A stretch of DNA of 54,175 bases from Callorhinchus milii (Eukaryota): positions 1 to 54,175 of the forward strand of contig NW_024705330.1 in assembly GCF_018977255.1 (NCBI RefSeq), read 5' to 3'. The position numbers and the translations under genes were made by a program. Within the stretch, counting starts at the first letter, position 1, and each line of letters opens with the position of its first letter. The notes beneath the pieces are model-generated. The model was not told where the DNA came from. It saw nothing but the letters and a program-made list of their open reading frames with translations, and searched no databases. Shown here piece by piece: positions 1-11,171 of this stretch.

Positions 1-2785
1 CTCGCGCAACTAACCAGCGGGGTGGTGGCTTAGCGGTCGTTTACAATGCTCACTTGAAAATTAAAGAGCTCCATCTACCAATGGCTCAGGCCACATTCGA
101 GGTCCAGTCCGTATCCCTTACTACTAACGAGTGCTTTTCATTATTTCCATCTATCGCCCTCCAGATGGCAGCATCAACACCTTCGTAAATGAGCTTTCGG
201 AATTCCTATATCTGATTCCTAACCCATCTCACAGGCTCGTGCTTACAGGCGACTTCAATTGCCCCGGCAATACCCCAGCCTCCATCGATAGTCACCTTGA
301 GTCAACTTTGGCCTGCCATAACCTGGTCATCACAAACTCAGGCCCCACCAGAGCTTCGTCAACAAACGTTGAGAGCATGCTCGACCTGGTTCTGGAACCT
401 AACCAGCACCGACGCATCACTGCACTGGGAGTTTTCCAAACTGGTTACTCCGACCACCGCCTTATACTTTCTTCCCTCCAATTTCCGAAGCCAATCACCA
501 TCAAATTCACCCGCAACTTGCGTAATTTTAAGGGTATCGAATTTTCTGCTTTTCGTCACCTCCTTGCAAACTCGCTTTCAATGTTATCCCCATCATCGGA
601 TCCAACCGTCTGCGCTCTCCAACTAGAAGCTGACATGAGGGCGGCGCTGGACAAACTAGCTCCATTAAAATCACGAACCGCTAGGCAGTCTTCTCACGAC
701 ACTCACTGGCTCTCAAGAGATGCCATCATTGCTAAGCGAACCAGGAGGCGTCTTGAACGTATCGCATCCCGCAGTGGTCTACCTGCTGATCGACTTGCTT
801 ACAGAGTCGCCTGCAGGAAAACTAACAAACTGATCCTTGTCTCACGTTCCTCCCACATTGAGGAACGCATCAAAAAAGCAACCGGAAAACCGCGCATTCT
901 ATGGAAAACCCTCAAAGATCTTCTCCATCCTGGTAGCACCATGGTCCCTCACCTTAGCGATCCCCTTGCCTCACTGAAACTTGCCACCTCTTTTAATACT
1001 TACTTCAACAACAAGCTAATCGCCGTCGCAAACTCGTGCACGTCTACCGACACATTGCACCATTGTACCCCGCTCATGGTACCTAAAATTGTAAGCACTA
1101 ACCCAGACACTCTTCTAATTATGCTAAAGCCTGTGTCTACAAAAGACGTTTTCTCTTTAATTGAATCACTTCATTTGAAGTCATCTCCACTCGACGTGCT
1201 CCCAGGTTCCTTGTTCAAGCAATGTGCTCCGGAACTCGCCATCATGATCAGGAACATCGCAAATGCCTCCTTCTCTTCGGGGTGTTTTCCGTCCAACCTC
1301 AAACCTGGCCTGGTTTCTCCCTTGTTAAAGAAACCAAGTCTAGATCCGGATGACCCATCTAGTTATCGTCCCATCACTAACCTCTCGAACCTCTCTAAAC
1401 TCCTTGAACGACTAGCCCTCGCCCAGCTAAAACCACACATCACCTCCTCCGCAAACTACTGCTGCTTCCAGTCAGCTTACCGTCAAAACTATTCCACAGA
1501 AACAGCACTCACTAGAGTGCTCGATGACATTTTAACGATCGTTGATTCCGGCTCAACTGTTGCACTTGTAAGTCTGGACATTTCGTCAGCCTTCGACACC
1601 ATCAACCATTCGCTCCTTACTTCCCTCCTGAAATCCGACTTCGGTATATGCGGCTCAGCACTCAAGTGGATAGCTTCGTACCTTTCTGACCGGCAATCTT
1701 CAGTCAGGGTGGGCATGTCCACATCGCCTGAAACAAGAGCATTATGCGGGGTTCCCCAGGGCTCTGTTCTAGGTCCCCTGCTCTTCACAGCCTACACTTC
1801 CCCGATCGGCCGACTCATTGCAAGCTTCGGTGTTAAGCATCACTCATACGCGGATGACACGATTCTATTCACCGCCATCGATTCTAGCAATGCATCTGGA
1901 TTCGAGAGGCTCTCGGAATGTACCACCGCCGTGCAACAATGGTTCACTGCACACAACCTAGCCCTTAATCCGAAAAAGTCAGTGGCCATCATGTTAGGTA
2001 CCAAGCAACGTCTCAATTCAGCAGCACTCCCCACACACATACACATCTTCGGTCACAGCATCAAGTTCACCGACCACTTCAGCTACCTCGGTGTCATCCT
2101 AGATTCAACTTTATCCTTCGACCGTCAAACCAACCATATCATCAGCTCATGTAACTTTCACCTGAAGGCTCTTAGACACATACGTCCTCTCATCTCTACT
2201 GAAATTGCCAACACATTGGCATGTTGCATAGTTGGGTCTCGCCTTGACTATTGTAACTCCGTCCTTGTCCGGACCTCCGCTGGCAACCTAAAGAAACTTC
2301 AAAGACTACAAAATAACCTAGCACGCGTCGTCATTGCCCACACTCATCCCCGTCTCGACTCACTAGCTTGTCTCCGCGCTCTCAACTGGCTCCCCATTGC
2401 CAGTAGGGTCACATACAAGACCGCCTGCCTCTGCCACAATGCCTTCATATCCGCCTGCCCGCCGTACCTTTCTTCATTATTGACAACTTGCAGCTCAGCA
2501 CACGGCAGATGCCTGCGCAGCGCGACTCACGACCTCCTCTTGATACCAAGATCCAGGATGGTCATGTCTACGCGCCGCTTCTCGGTGGCAGCCCCAACAG
2601 TCTGGAACGATATCCCTCTGCACATTCGCAGCATCACCTCAATCGCCTCCTTCAAGAGACACTTAAAAACTCACCTCTACAATCATGCTTTTGAGCGACT
2701 CTGAGCTTGGCTCCGCGCCTCTGAGTTGCGGCCACTACGTCTGCAAATTTGCGCGCGTTACAAATTTAACTATTATTATTATATT
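1..2785 (+). mobile_element. L2/CR1-group LINE, 3' portion (start lies upstream of the window)
   Basis: APE endonuclease plus RT ORF, then a ~70-nt 3' UTR ending in an (ATT)n-type tail (tattattattatatt, ~2771-2785). Confidence 0.92.
131..2704 (+). CDS. LINE ORF2 (APE endonuclease C-terminal part + reverse transcriptase)
   Basis: Motifs IYRPP, LTGDFN, SDH, YRPITNL, FQSAYR, LDISSAFDTI, GVPQGSVLGPLLF, YADD, YLGVILD, SRLDYCNS. The upstream endonuclease motif RGGGLAVVY lies in another frame (3-125), so the GTG at 131 is not the true start. Confidence 0.93.
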   Translation: MLFIISIYRPPDGSINTFVNELSEFLYLIPNPSHRLVLTGDFNCPGNTPASIDSHLESTLACHNLVITNSGPTRASSTNVESMLDLVLEPNQHRRITALGVFQTGYSDHRLILSSLQFPKPITIKFTRNLRNFKGIEFSAFRHLLANSLSMLSPSSDPTVCALQLEADMRAALDKLAPLKSRTARQSSHDTHWLSRDAIIAKRTRRRLERIASRSGLPADRLAYRVACRKTNKLILVSRSSHIEERIKKATGKPRILWKTLKDLLHPGSTMVPHLSDPLASLKLATSFNTYFNNKLIAVANSCTSTDTLHHCTPLMVPKIVSTNPDTLLIMLKPVSTKDVFSLIESLHLKSSPLDVLPGSLFKQCAPELAIMIRNIANASFSSGCFPSNLKPGLVSPLLKKPSLDPDDPSSYRPITNLSNLSKLLERLALAQLKPHITSSANYCCFQSAYRQNYSTETALTRVLDDILTIVDSGSTVALVSLDISSAFDTINHSLLTSLLKSDFGICGSALKWIASYLSDRQSSVRVGMSTSPETRALCGVPQGSVLGPLLFTAYTSPIGRLIASFGVKHHSYADDTILFTAIDSSNASGFERLSECTTAVQQWFTAHNLALNPKKSVAIMLGTKQRLNSAALPTHIHIFGHSIKFTDHFSYLGVILDSTLSFDRQTNHIISSCNFHLKALRHIRPLISTEIANTLACCIVGSRLDYCNSVLVRTSAGNLKKLQRLQNNLARVVIAHTHPRLDSLACLRALNWLPIASRVTYKTACLCHNAFISACPPYLSSLLTTCSSAHGRCLRSATHDLLLIPRSRMVMSTRRFSVAAPTVWNDIPLHIRSITSIASFKRHLKTHLYNHAFERL

Positions 2786-2869
2786 CATATTTTTCAGAAG
2801 TGACCTGGTTACAAATGATAGGTTAACGAAGTGGATTATCACGGAGACATTTATTGCAGCCAAATCCTC

Positions 2870-3122
2870 TAAATGCATGTTGATTTTAAATATGGAGAGA
2901 AAACCTGGAGGACCCGGAGAAAAATCCACACGACCACGGGGAGAACATGCAAACTCCAAATATACAGGCGGAAGGGATGGGATCGAATTCACAAACTCCA
3001 GTATACTAATCTTGATTTGAAGCTTTCGTGACTGCAGGAATCCATACTCTTGGTTCTTTCGGTAAAGTCACGTAGGTATATATCCTGTATACTAGGTGAG
3101 GTAGTTAACATCTCGCCACCGT
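2870..3122 (-). mobile_element. tRNA-derived SINE (V-SINE-like), interrupted at 3009-3082
   Basis: Minus strand reads cggtggcgagatgttaactacctcacc... then a B-box-like ttcgatccc, then ggagtttgcatgttctccccgtg, the conserved core I recall from V-SINE/HE1-type SINEs. Same family occurs at ~3922, ~22280, ~45115 and ~45320. Confidence 0.75.
3009..3082 (-). mobile_element. 74-bp Penelope terminal fragment inserted in the SINE
   Basis: Matches the Penelope-type termini at 22763-22828 and 50506-50568. Flanked by tccagtatacta (2997-3008) and tcctgtatacta (3083-3094). Confidence 0.75.
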
Positions 3123-3137
3123 TGTGCCCCACTCTTT

Positions 3138-3672
3138 GACTCACTCACCCACCCAATCACACACTAACTCACCTGCTCAACCTTCGATATTCACTCACCC
3201 ACCCACTAACTGACCCACCCACCCACTCACCAACAATCTATTCACCCACTCATTCACCTATTCACTCAACCCTTCACTTACCCACTCCCCCACACAATCA
3301 CACACTGACCTACCCACCCACTCACTCACAGAGTCACTCACTAATTCACCCACCCACTCAACCATCCATCCACTCATGCTCCCATCCACTCACTTACTTA
3401 TCCAGGCACTCACCTACTCACCCACCGACTTACTCACCCATTAAGCCACTCACCCACCCAATCACCTAGTTACCCACCCACTCAATCTCTAACCCACCAA
3501 TTTACTCATCACTCACCAACCCACCTCTCACTCACTCCCTCATCCACTCACTTCAAACCATTCACTCACTCAAGTTAGTGGTTGAGTGAGTGAGTGGCTG
3601 TATGAGTGAGTGAGCGAGTAGATGAGTGAGTGACTGAGTGAGTGAGTGAGTGACTGAGTGAGTGAGTGAGTG
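3138..3672. repeat. Low-complexity (CACT/CACC)n tract switching to (TGAG)n at ~3575
   Basis: Directly visible degenerate tetranucleotide repeats. Confidence 0.9.
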
Positions 3673-3684
3673 GCTGGTGCGCAC

Positions 3685-3861
3685 CTTGGCTGCGTTGTCC
3701 AGAGTGTCCCGCTGGTACCGCCCCAATGTGTTGCTGAACTCCGTTAGGGTGAGAGCAGCAGTGCCGCGCCAGCAGCTGCTCCAGCGACTGCGCCATCTGC
3801 CCAGCCCCTCCTGGCGAGCACGCAGCATGCCCTGGGGCTCCCGTCACATGGTGCTGGCAAT
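3685..3861 (-). pseudogene. Candidate exon of an unidentified minus-strand gene (59 codons, one in-frame TGA)
   Basis: tctcag|ATT acceptor and AAG|gtgcgc donor; 177 nt, phase 0-0; GC-rich unique island inside repeats; reads IASTM*REPQ...TLTEFSNTLGRYQRDTLDNAAK. Confidence 0.4.
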
Positions 3862-3921
3862 CTGAGACACCCGCCTGTAGCACACACGCAGAAGAAGAGA
3901 CACAGGAATGGATTAGGGTGA

Positions 3922-4075
3922 CCCGGGTGACGAGATGTCACTACTTCACCCAGTATACAGGATGTTGTAGGTTTGATCCAAACCCTGATGCTGACATATG
4001 AGGAGTTGCTTGAATTTTTCATCGCATCCTCTGGTTTTGCCCTCCACATTTATAAATATGCATTGACAGTATTTG
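3922..4075 (+). mobile_element. Diverged copy of the same tRNA-derived SINE
   Basis: gggtgacgagatgtcactacttcacccagtatacagga...ggtttgatcc aligns by eye with the reverse complement of 2870-3122. Confidence 0.65.
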
Positions 4076-4117
4076 GCTTATTTACATTTCATCGTGAAGG
4101 GAAGTGGGTAGGTTAGT

Positions 4118-6940
4118 GGAAAGGTCAGCGAGTGGGTAGAGTGAGTAGGTGGTTGAGTGATTGAGTGGTTGAGTTAATAATTGAGTGATTGTTTTAGTGA
4201 GTGGCTGAGTGAGTGAGTGGTTGAGTGATCGAATGAGTGGTTGAATGGGTGGTTTAGTGAGTGAGTGACTGAGTGAGTGGTTGAGTGAGTGAGTGTGTGA
4301 GCGTCTGAGTCAATAAGTGGCTGAGTGAGTGGCTGAAAGGGTGAATGGTTGAATGAGTGACTGATTGGTTGAGTGGTTTAGTAAGTGATTAAGCGAGTGG
4401 TTGAGTGAGTGATAGTTAGTGTGCAAGTGAGTGGTTAAGTGAATAAGTGGTTGAGTGAGTGATTGAGTCAGTGGTTTAATGATCGAGTGAGTGGTTGAGT
4501 ATTCGAGCGAGTGGTTGAATGAGTGGTTGATTGATTGGTTTAGTGAGTGGTTGAGTGAGCGTTGCATGAGTAACTGAGTGAATGAGTGGTTAAGTGAGTG
4601 GTTGAGTTAATGACTGAGTGAGTGATTGGTTGCGCGAGTAGTTGAGTGAGTGAATGGTTGAGTGAGTAGTTGAGTGAGTGGTTTAAGTTAGTGTTTGAGT
4701 GAATGGCTGGCTGAATGAGTGAGTGGCTAAGTGAGTGAGTGGCTGAGTGAGTGAGTGGTTGAATGGGTGGTTTAGTGAGTGAGTGGTTGAGTGAGTGATT
4801 GAGTCAGTGGTTGAATGATCGAGTGAGTAGTTGAGTTATCGAGCGAGTGGTTGAGTGAGTGGTTGAGTAAGTGGTTTAGTGAGTGGTTGATTGAGTGAGT
4901 GGTTGACTGAGTGAGTGGTTGAATCATCGAGTGAGCGGTTGAGCAAGTGAGTGGTTGAGAGATTCAGTGAGTGAGAGGTTGAGTGAATGGTTGAGTGAGT
5001 GGCTGAGTGAGTTAGTGGTTGAGTGAGTGGTTGCGTGGTTGAGTGAGTAAGTGCTTGAGTGAGTGGTAGAGTGAGTGAGTGGTTGATTGAGTAGTTGAGT
5101 GAGTGGTTGATTGAGTAGTTGAGTGAGTGAGTGGTTGAGTGAGTGAGTGGTTGAGTGAGTGAGTGGTTGAGTGAGTGAGAGGTTGAGCGAATGAGAGGCT
5201 GAGTGAGAGGTTGAGTGTGCAATTGAGTGGCTGAGTGAGTGAATGGTTGAGTGAGAGTGATGGTTGAGTGGTTGAGTAAATTATTAAGTGAGTGAGTGGT
5301 TGAGTTAGTGAGTGGTTGAGTGAGTCGTTGAGGGGTTGGGTGAGGGGTTGGGTGAGTGGTTGAATGAGTGGTTGAATGAGTGGTTGAGTGAGTGAATGGA
5401 TGAGTGAGCAAGTGAGTAGCTGAGTGGTTGAGTTAATAATTGAGTGATTGGTTGAGTGAGTGCCTGTGTGAGTGAATGGTTGAGTGAGTGACTGAGTGAG
5501 TGGATAATTGAGTGAGTTGATTATTGAATGAGTGGTTGAGTGAGTACTTGAGTGAGCAAGTGAGTGGTTGAGTGAGCAAGTGAGTGGATAATTGAGTGAG
5601 TTGATTATTGAGTGAGTGGTTGAGTGCGTGGTTGAGTTAGTGGTTGAGTGAGTGAGTACTTGCGTGAACAAGTGAGTGGTTGAGTGAGTTGTTGAATGGG
5701 TGGTTGAGTGAGTGGTTGAGTGGTTGAGTGATCGAGTGGTTGAGTGATCGAGTGGTTGAGTGATCGAGTGGTTGAGTGATCGAGTGGTTGAGTGAGTGAG
5801 TGCGCGAGCGGCTGAGTCAATGAGTAAGTGGCTGAATGAGTGGCTGAAAGGGTGAATGGTTGCATGAGTGAGTGATTGGTTGAGTGGTTTAGTAAATGAT
5901 TAAGTGAGTGGTTGAGTGAGCGGTTGCGTGAGTGTCTGAGTGGTTGAGTGAGTGGTTGAGTAAATGGTTGAGTGAGTGAGTAGTTGAGTGAATGGTTTAA
6001 GTTAGTGTTTGAGTGAGTGAGTGGCTGAATGAGTGAGTGGCTAAGTGAGGGAGTGGCTGAGTGAATGAGTGGTTGAATGGGTGGTTTAGTGGTTGAGTGA
6101 GTGGTTGAGTGAGTGAGTGGTTGAGTGAGTGAGTGAGCGAGCGGCTGAGTCAATGAGTAAGTGGCTGAGTGAGTGGCTGAAAGGCTGAATGGTTGAATGA
6201 GTGAGTGATTGTTTGAGTGGTTTAGTAAGTGATTAAGTGAGAGGTTGAGTGAGTGATAGTGTGCAAGTGAGTGGTTAAGTGAATAAGTGATTGAGTGAGT
6301 GGTTGAATCATCGAGTGAGCGGTTGAGCAAGTCAGTGGTTGAGAGGTTGAGTGAGTGAGAGGTTGAATGAATGGTTGAGTGAGTGGCTGAGTGAGTTAGT
6401 GGTTGAGTGAGTGGTTGCGTGGTTGAGTAAGTGCTTGAGTGAGTGGTAGAGTGAGTGAGTGGTTGATTAAGTAGTTGAGTCAGTGAGTGGTTGAGTGAGT
6501 GGTTGAGTGAGTGAGTGGTTGAGTGGTTGAGTGAGTGGTTGAGAGGTTGAGCGAGTGAGAGCCTGAGTGAGTGAGAGGTTGAGTGTGCAATTGAGTGGCT
6601 GAGTGAGTGAATGGTTGAGTGAGAGTGATGGTTGAGTGGTTGAGTAAATTATTAAGCGAGTGAGTAGTTGAGTTAGTGAGTGGTTAAGTGAGTGGTTGAG
6701 TGAGTCGTTGAGTGAGTGTTTGGGTGAGGGGTTGGGTGAGGGGTTGAGTGAGTGGTTGAATGAGTAGTTGAGTGAGTGGTTGACTGAGTGAATGGATAAG
6801 TGAGCAAGTGAGTAGCTGAGTGGTTGAGTTAATAATTGAGTGATTGGTTGAGTGAGTGACTGGATAATTGAGTGAGTTGATTATTGAGTGAGTGGTTGAG
6901 TGAGTGGTTGAGTGCGTGGTTGAGTGCGTGGTTGAGTGAG
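4118..6940. repeat. (TGAG)n/(GAGTGGTT)n degenerate array with higher-order internal duplications
   Basis: Visible repeats. Rare marker motifs recur: ggctgaaagg at ~4331/5842/6175; gaatcatcgagtgagcgg at ~4921/6305; gtgtgcaattgag at ~5214/6582. Confidence 0.95.
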
Positions 6941-6942
6941 TT

Positions 6943-7444
6943 TTGGTATACGTCGTGTTTTGACGAGAAAAAAATGTCTTGGGATACGACGTATTGCTTG
7001 GGATGCGACACGCTTGCTAGAACTTGTATGGGTCGGGATGAGTCACCGCGTACCCGCGTATACCCCGTTCACGACTGAAACAAAACGCCGCTCCTCAGTC
7101 TGCCTGTACAGTAGATTTCGTTTCAGTGCACATCCCTTGCTATAACTCGTAGGCTATCAACTCCTCTCAGCAAGGTAAAGTGATATTACATTTATTTTCA
7201 TTTTAATTTATTTATGCATTTATTTTAATTTATGTATGCATTTTAGTAATAAGAAGTGTCTAAATTATTTTATACAACCCCATCAATGTATAATATGCGA
7301 TATAAAATATCATTTCTTATAATCTGGAAGGGATTATTTCCTTTCCCTTTATTTATTATGGGAAAAATTCGTTCGGTATACGTCATTTTCGGTATAAGTC
7401 CTACCTTCTGGAACGAATTAACGACGTATACCGAGGTACCACTG
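6943..7444. mobile_element. Tigger/pogo-like (Tc1/mariner) non-autonomous element, one end only
   Basis: Ends ...ccgaggtaccactg followed by TA (7445-7446), i.e. a CAGTGGTACCTCGG-type TIR with TA target. Subterminal ggtatacgtc motifs repeat at ~6945, ~7375 and ~7423. The other TIR is not found. Confidence 0.65.
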
Positions 7445-7446
7445 TA

Positions 7447-7926
7447 CTCATTCAGTAGTAAGACACTTAAATTGATGGACAAAGCTCTCATCAGAATCCC
7501 CTATTTGATCCACACAATAGGAACAGAGACATACACTCATATCGCAACAGTAGAAGCGGAGGCAATGATCAGAGGTCTGAGGAAGTTGGACGAGAAAGCA
7601 AGTCTGCTGAAAAGAAGTTTACATGAACATTCTATACCATGGGTAAAATCACTACCATACAAGGTTAGGGATTATTTCAAACAACTGAGCCTGGCAGTGA
7701 TTAGGAAGTTTGGAAAATATTCAATACTGTCGGAGGGGTTTAATGCTGCCAAATTTATGACCCAATGCATAGACGAGGAGCGTATTACGCAGGTGATGTT
7801 TATCAATACCACGAAGGTGACAAAATGTTCAAAATTATGTTTTTTTAATCCTTGAGTCCAGAGATGACAGAAATTGTGGAAATGGTTTTGGGCCCAGACG
7901 GCCTCCTTACACCACATAGAGAATAG
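7447..7926 (+). pseudogene. Unidentified ORF fragment, probably frameshifted near its 3' end
   Basis: About 135 codons open after the Tigger end, with protein-like composition (MDKALIRIPYLIHTIG...CIDEERITQ). No motif recognised. Confidence 0.3.
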
Positions 7927-8776
7927 GGCTCACACGGCATGTGTTGTGTCTATACCCTTTTTTTTATTAAGAACAATTCAAAAAACATTTTTTTATTATA
8001 TTTTTATTTTATCTATATATTTTTTTTAAATTAAACAATGAAAACAACTCACTTCTCCTCACAAGCACACCAGGAATCCATGAAACATGGAGGGCGGTTA
8101 AAATGTTGAGAATTCGGTCACAGAGACGTCATAGACATCCAGATGGATAAAAGATGTATGGACTAGCCTCCCAAGACATCTGGAGATGTACAGATAAGGT
8201 GCAGAGTAAATAACGGTTGCAACTCGCGTTTTCGTAACGTTTTCCTTACCGAAAAGTAGAAACTTAACAAAGATAATTAACCAACAAACAATATTTTTTA
8301 TTATTAGTATATGTTTCCTACCTACACGACCTTTCTAAAAACTAAAGAGTACGAATTCCAGAAAGCTTAAGTGGAAACATAGTTACGCTTAACCTCAGGA
8401 CATTAAAATATAACTCAGAATAAAACACCAATCTCTGGAGAACTAAACTTGGCGAAGCCCCAAAATAATAATGTGACGAGGATCATTACGAATATTCATT
8501 AAACATACTAAGACCGAAGGAACTCATAAAATATAATTCAAGAATAAATGTAACACACAGGACCACATAAATGTATTGCAAACATCTCCTCAGCCACCTT
8601 TGTCTTCCAGCGGGGTCTGACAAGCAAAGAGGGAGCAAAAAGGTCGCGAGGAGGGGTCGCGGGGGTGTCTGCTTTTTCTCGCTCTGTTTGTGTTTTGTTG
8701 CCCGCTCGCAAGGAATGCGCAAGAGAGAGGGGAGTCACGTTTTGAGTTAGGCACAGGCACACAGCGAACGAGCACT

Positions 8777-9200
8777 CTGGGTTGAGCCGTGCTCAGTCTC
8801 GCAACTCGGCTTGCGACGCGGCGTTGCGACGGGGCTCGCAAGGGAGGTGTGGCGGTCGTGCCTCGAGAAGAGATGGGACGACGAGACATCGTTAAAGTGA
8901 CAGTCTGAGAGCAGTCTGGGTTGAGTCGTGCTCAGTCTCGCAACTCGGCGTGCGACGCGGCGTTGCGACGGGGCTCGCAAGAGAGTTGGGGCAGATCGTG
9001 CCTCGAGGAGAGATGGGACGACGAGGGGTCAGAGAGTGACCGCCTGAGAGCAATCTGTCCAAGTCGCGCTCAGTCTCGCAACTCGGCTTGCGACGCAGCG
9101 TTGCGACGGGGGCTCGCAAGAGAGCTGGGGCGGTTGTGCCTCGAGAAGTGATGGAACGAGGAGGAGTCGTTCGAGTCGCAGAAGTCTGAGTTCAACCTGG
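8777..9200. repeat. Three tandem ~138-bp GC-rich repeats
   Basis: gctcagtctcgcaactcgg at 8791, 8930 and 9068. Confidence 0.9.
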
Positions 9201-9450
9201 GTCGGGGCTGGGTTTCAGCCGTGCTCCGGCTGGCGGAGCGTCGTGAGGAAACGAAACACCGATGCGATAGCCGGTGTCACTTCTCGCAGAACGAAGTTAA
9301 GTGCGAGTGAAGCTGGCAGCTGCACGAACAAGGGAAGCACGGAGCAGAGAGAGTGACGAGTGACGACAAGCAATCAACCTGTAAAAGGGCGGAGATCGCC
9401 AAGCGTCGACCAAGCGTGCAAAGCAGAGAGAGCGCAAGAACAGCACGACT

Positions 9451-9536
9451 CGAGCGCCACCGAGCGCCACCGAGCGCCACCGAGCGCCACCGAGCGACCA
9501 ACGAGCGACACCGAGCGCCACCGAGCGACACCGAGC
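9451..9536. repeat. 10-bp minisatellite (CGAGCGCCAC)n
   Basis: About 8 copies visible directly. Confidence 0.95.
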
Positions 9537-11141
9537 ATCTTCAAGGACAGCATCGTGCCAACTCGTCATCTAGCAGTAGAGGGAGAGAGAGCGCAAGAGC
9601 CGAGCGTCGTGCCAACTCGTCATCCAGCAGTGGAGAGAGAGAGCAGCAGGGCTCGCGGCGGCCACGCCCAACCCAGAGAAAACTTCTGGCCGCTGTTTGT
9701 ATCCTCCTACACCACACAAGCTAACGACACAATTAATATTACGAGGGGACAACGCACACACAGCACGCACACGAATAAGACTTTAAAAAAAAATTGTCTT
9801 TGCGTTTCAAAAAGGGTTGCCATTTCGAGGTGGTGCGTTCAATATCAACTGATCGTGCAAAGCAGTTGCTGCCGTCGAGTTACATGAATAAGAAATGTTT
9901 TAGTCATTCATTTTCGTTAACTGCATAATTTCGCCAATGAAGAAGTATTTTTAGTCATTCATTTTCGTTAATTGCATAATCGAGTTACATGAATTTATTG
10001 ACGTATACCTGCTTTCGCATAAGAGAGTGTCATGTGCTTGTTTAGAATTAAAATTGCTTAACACCAACTGTTCGAGTGCTTCTTTCCAAGTCCATGCAAA
10101 ACTGTCTTATTCTTGATAACTGTATCCTGTGATGAGATCTGAAACTGGAGACCTAAAATAACAAACACACTAAGATAATCAGCAAATGTTTAATCGATGA
10201 TAATCGTGTTATCCTGATTGATATAACTCTGGATAAACGAAACTAAGCCTAATTATCATAACTGCACACATTAACATAATCGCAAGCATCCGCATAAATT
10301 ACTACGATTATCTCCGCGATTATCATAATTTATGCATATAATTACAGACATTATCATAATTTATGCATATTAATACACACATTAACATAATTAATGCGAT
10401 TTGCGCATTTTTCGGAAAATTATTAATTTTTTTTATTTTTATCAAAATTTCATAATCCAACACATACAACATAATGGGTGGCGTCGTCCGGGATCTCTCG
10501 CAGACAGTGTTTTGCATGGATGATGGAATGAATCACTACGTGTTAACCAGAATATCGGGATCGAACATTGCATTGTGATTGTAAACGGGCGTAAAACAAA
10601 AAAAAAACGCCCTCTGAGGTTAAAACCCAGAATAGCAGGTTGAAACAAAGAGTGGAATTAAGATAATATCGTATCGAACCAATTGCATCCTGTGATAAAT
10701 GGTGTTAGAGGTACGCACACTGAATCGGAAAATAACAGAATAGCTCGAGTCAAACTGACTACACTCTGTGAGATAACTGTTTTATATGCACTCTGAAAAG
10801 AAATGTCAAGCTAACGCCACACTTGAGATGCTAGGATTAAGAATAATTTTTGAATGGGTTACGGGAATCTGGGAGCTCGTATTAAAACGTACCGACCAAT
10901 CTGTTACAAAGCAGTACAGTCAGAGAGACATATGGGAAGGGAGCTGTATCGATAACACGAACACACCTCGGGGAAACTAATTGACTGGATAAAATGTAAC
11001 GAAGGCGAACACGATGCAAAAACTGCAGAGAAGGCAGGACAGGACTCATGCCTTCTCACACAGGCATACAGACAGGGATTGTGGAATGAAGAAAAATTTG
11101 GAAAGGAAACGGGAGAGAAATCGTCTCTAATAAACGAGGAG

Positions 11142-11171
11142 NNNNNNNNNNNNNNNNNNNNNNNNNNNNNN
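11142..11171. other. Gap of 30 N
   Basis: Literal n characters. Confidence 1.

Noticed and set aside
4310..7011. 100-240 aa His/Ser/Thr/Leu-rich ORFs
   Set aside because: Translations of the (TGAG)n array, which is poor in stops on that strand.
7256..7446. First 64 codons of the 199-aa ORF
   Set aside because: They run through the Tigger-like element end, so the ORF is a chance fusion.
8777..9200. Possible CRISPR-like array
   Set aside because: Whole units are homologous, with no unique spacers and no cas genes; eukaryotic context.
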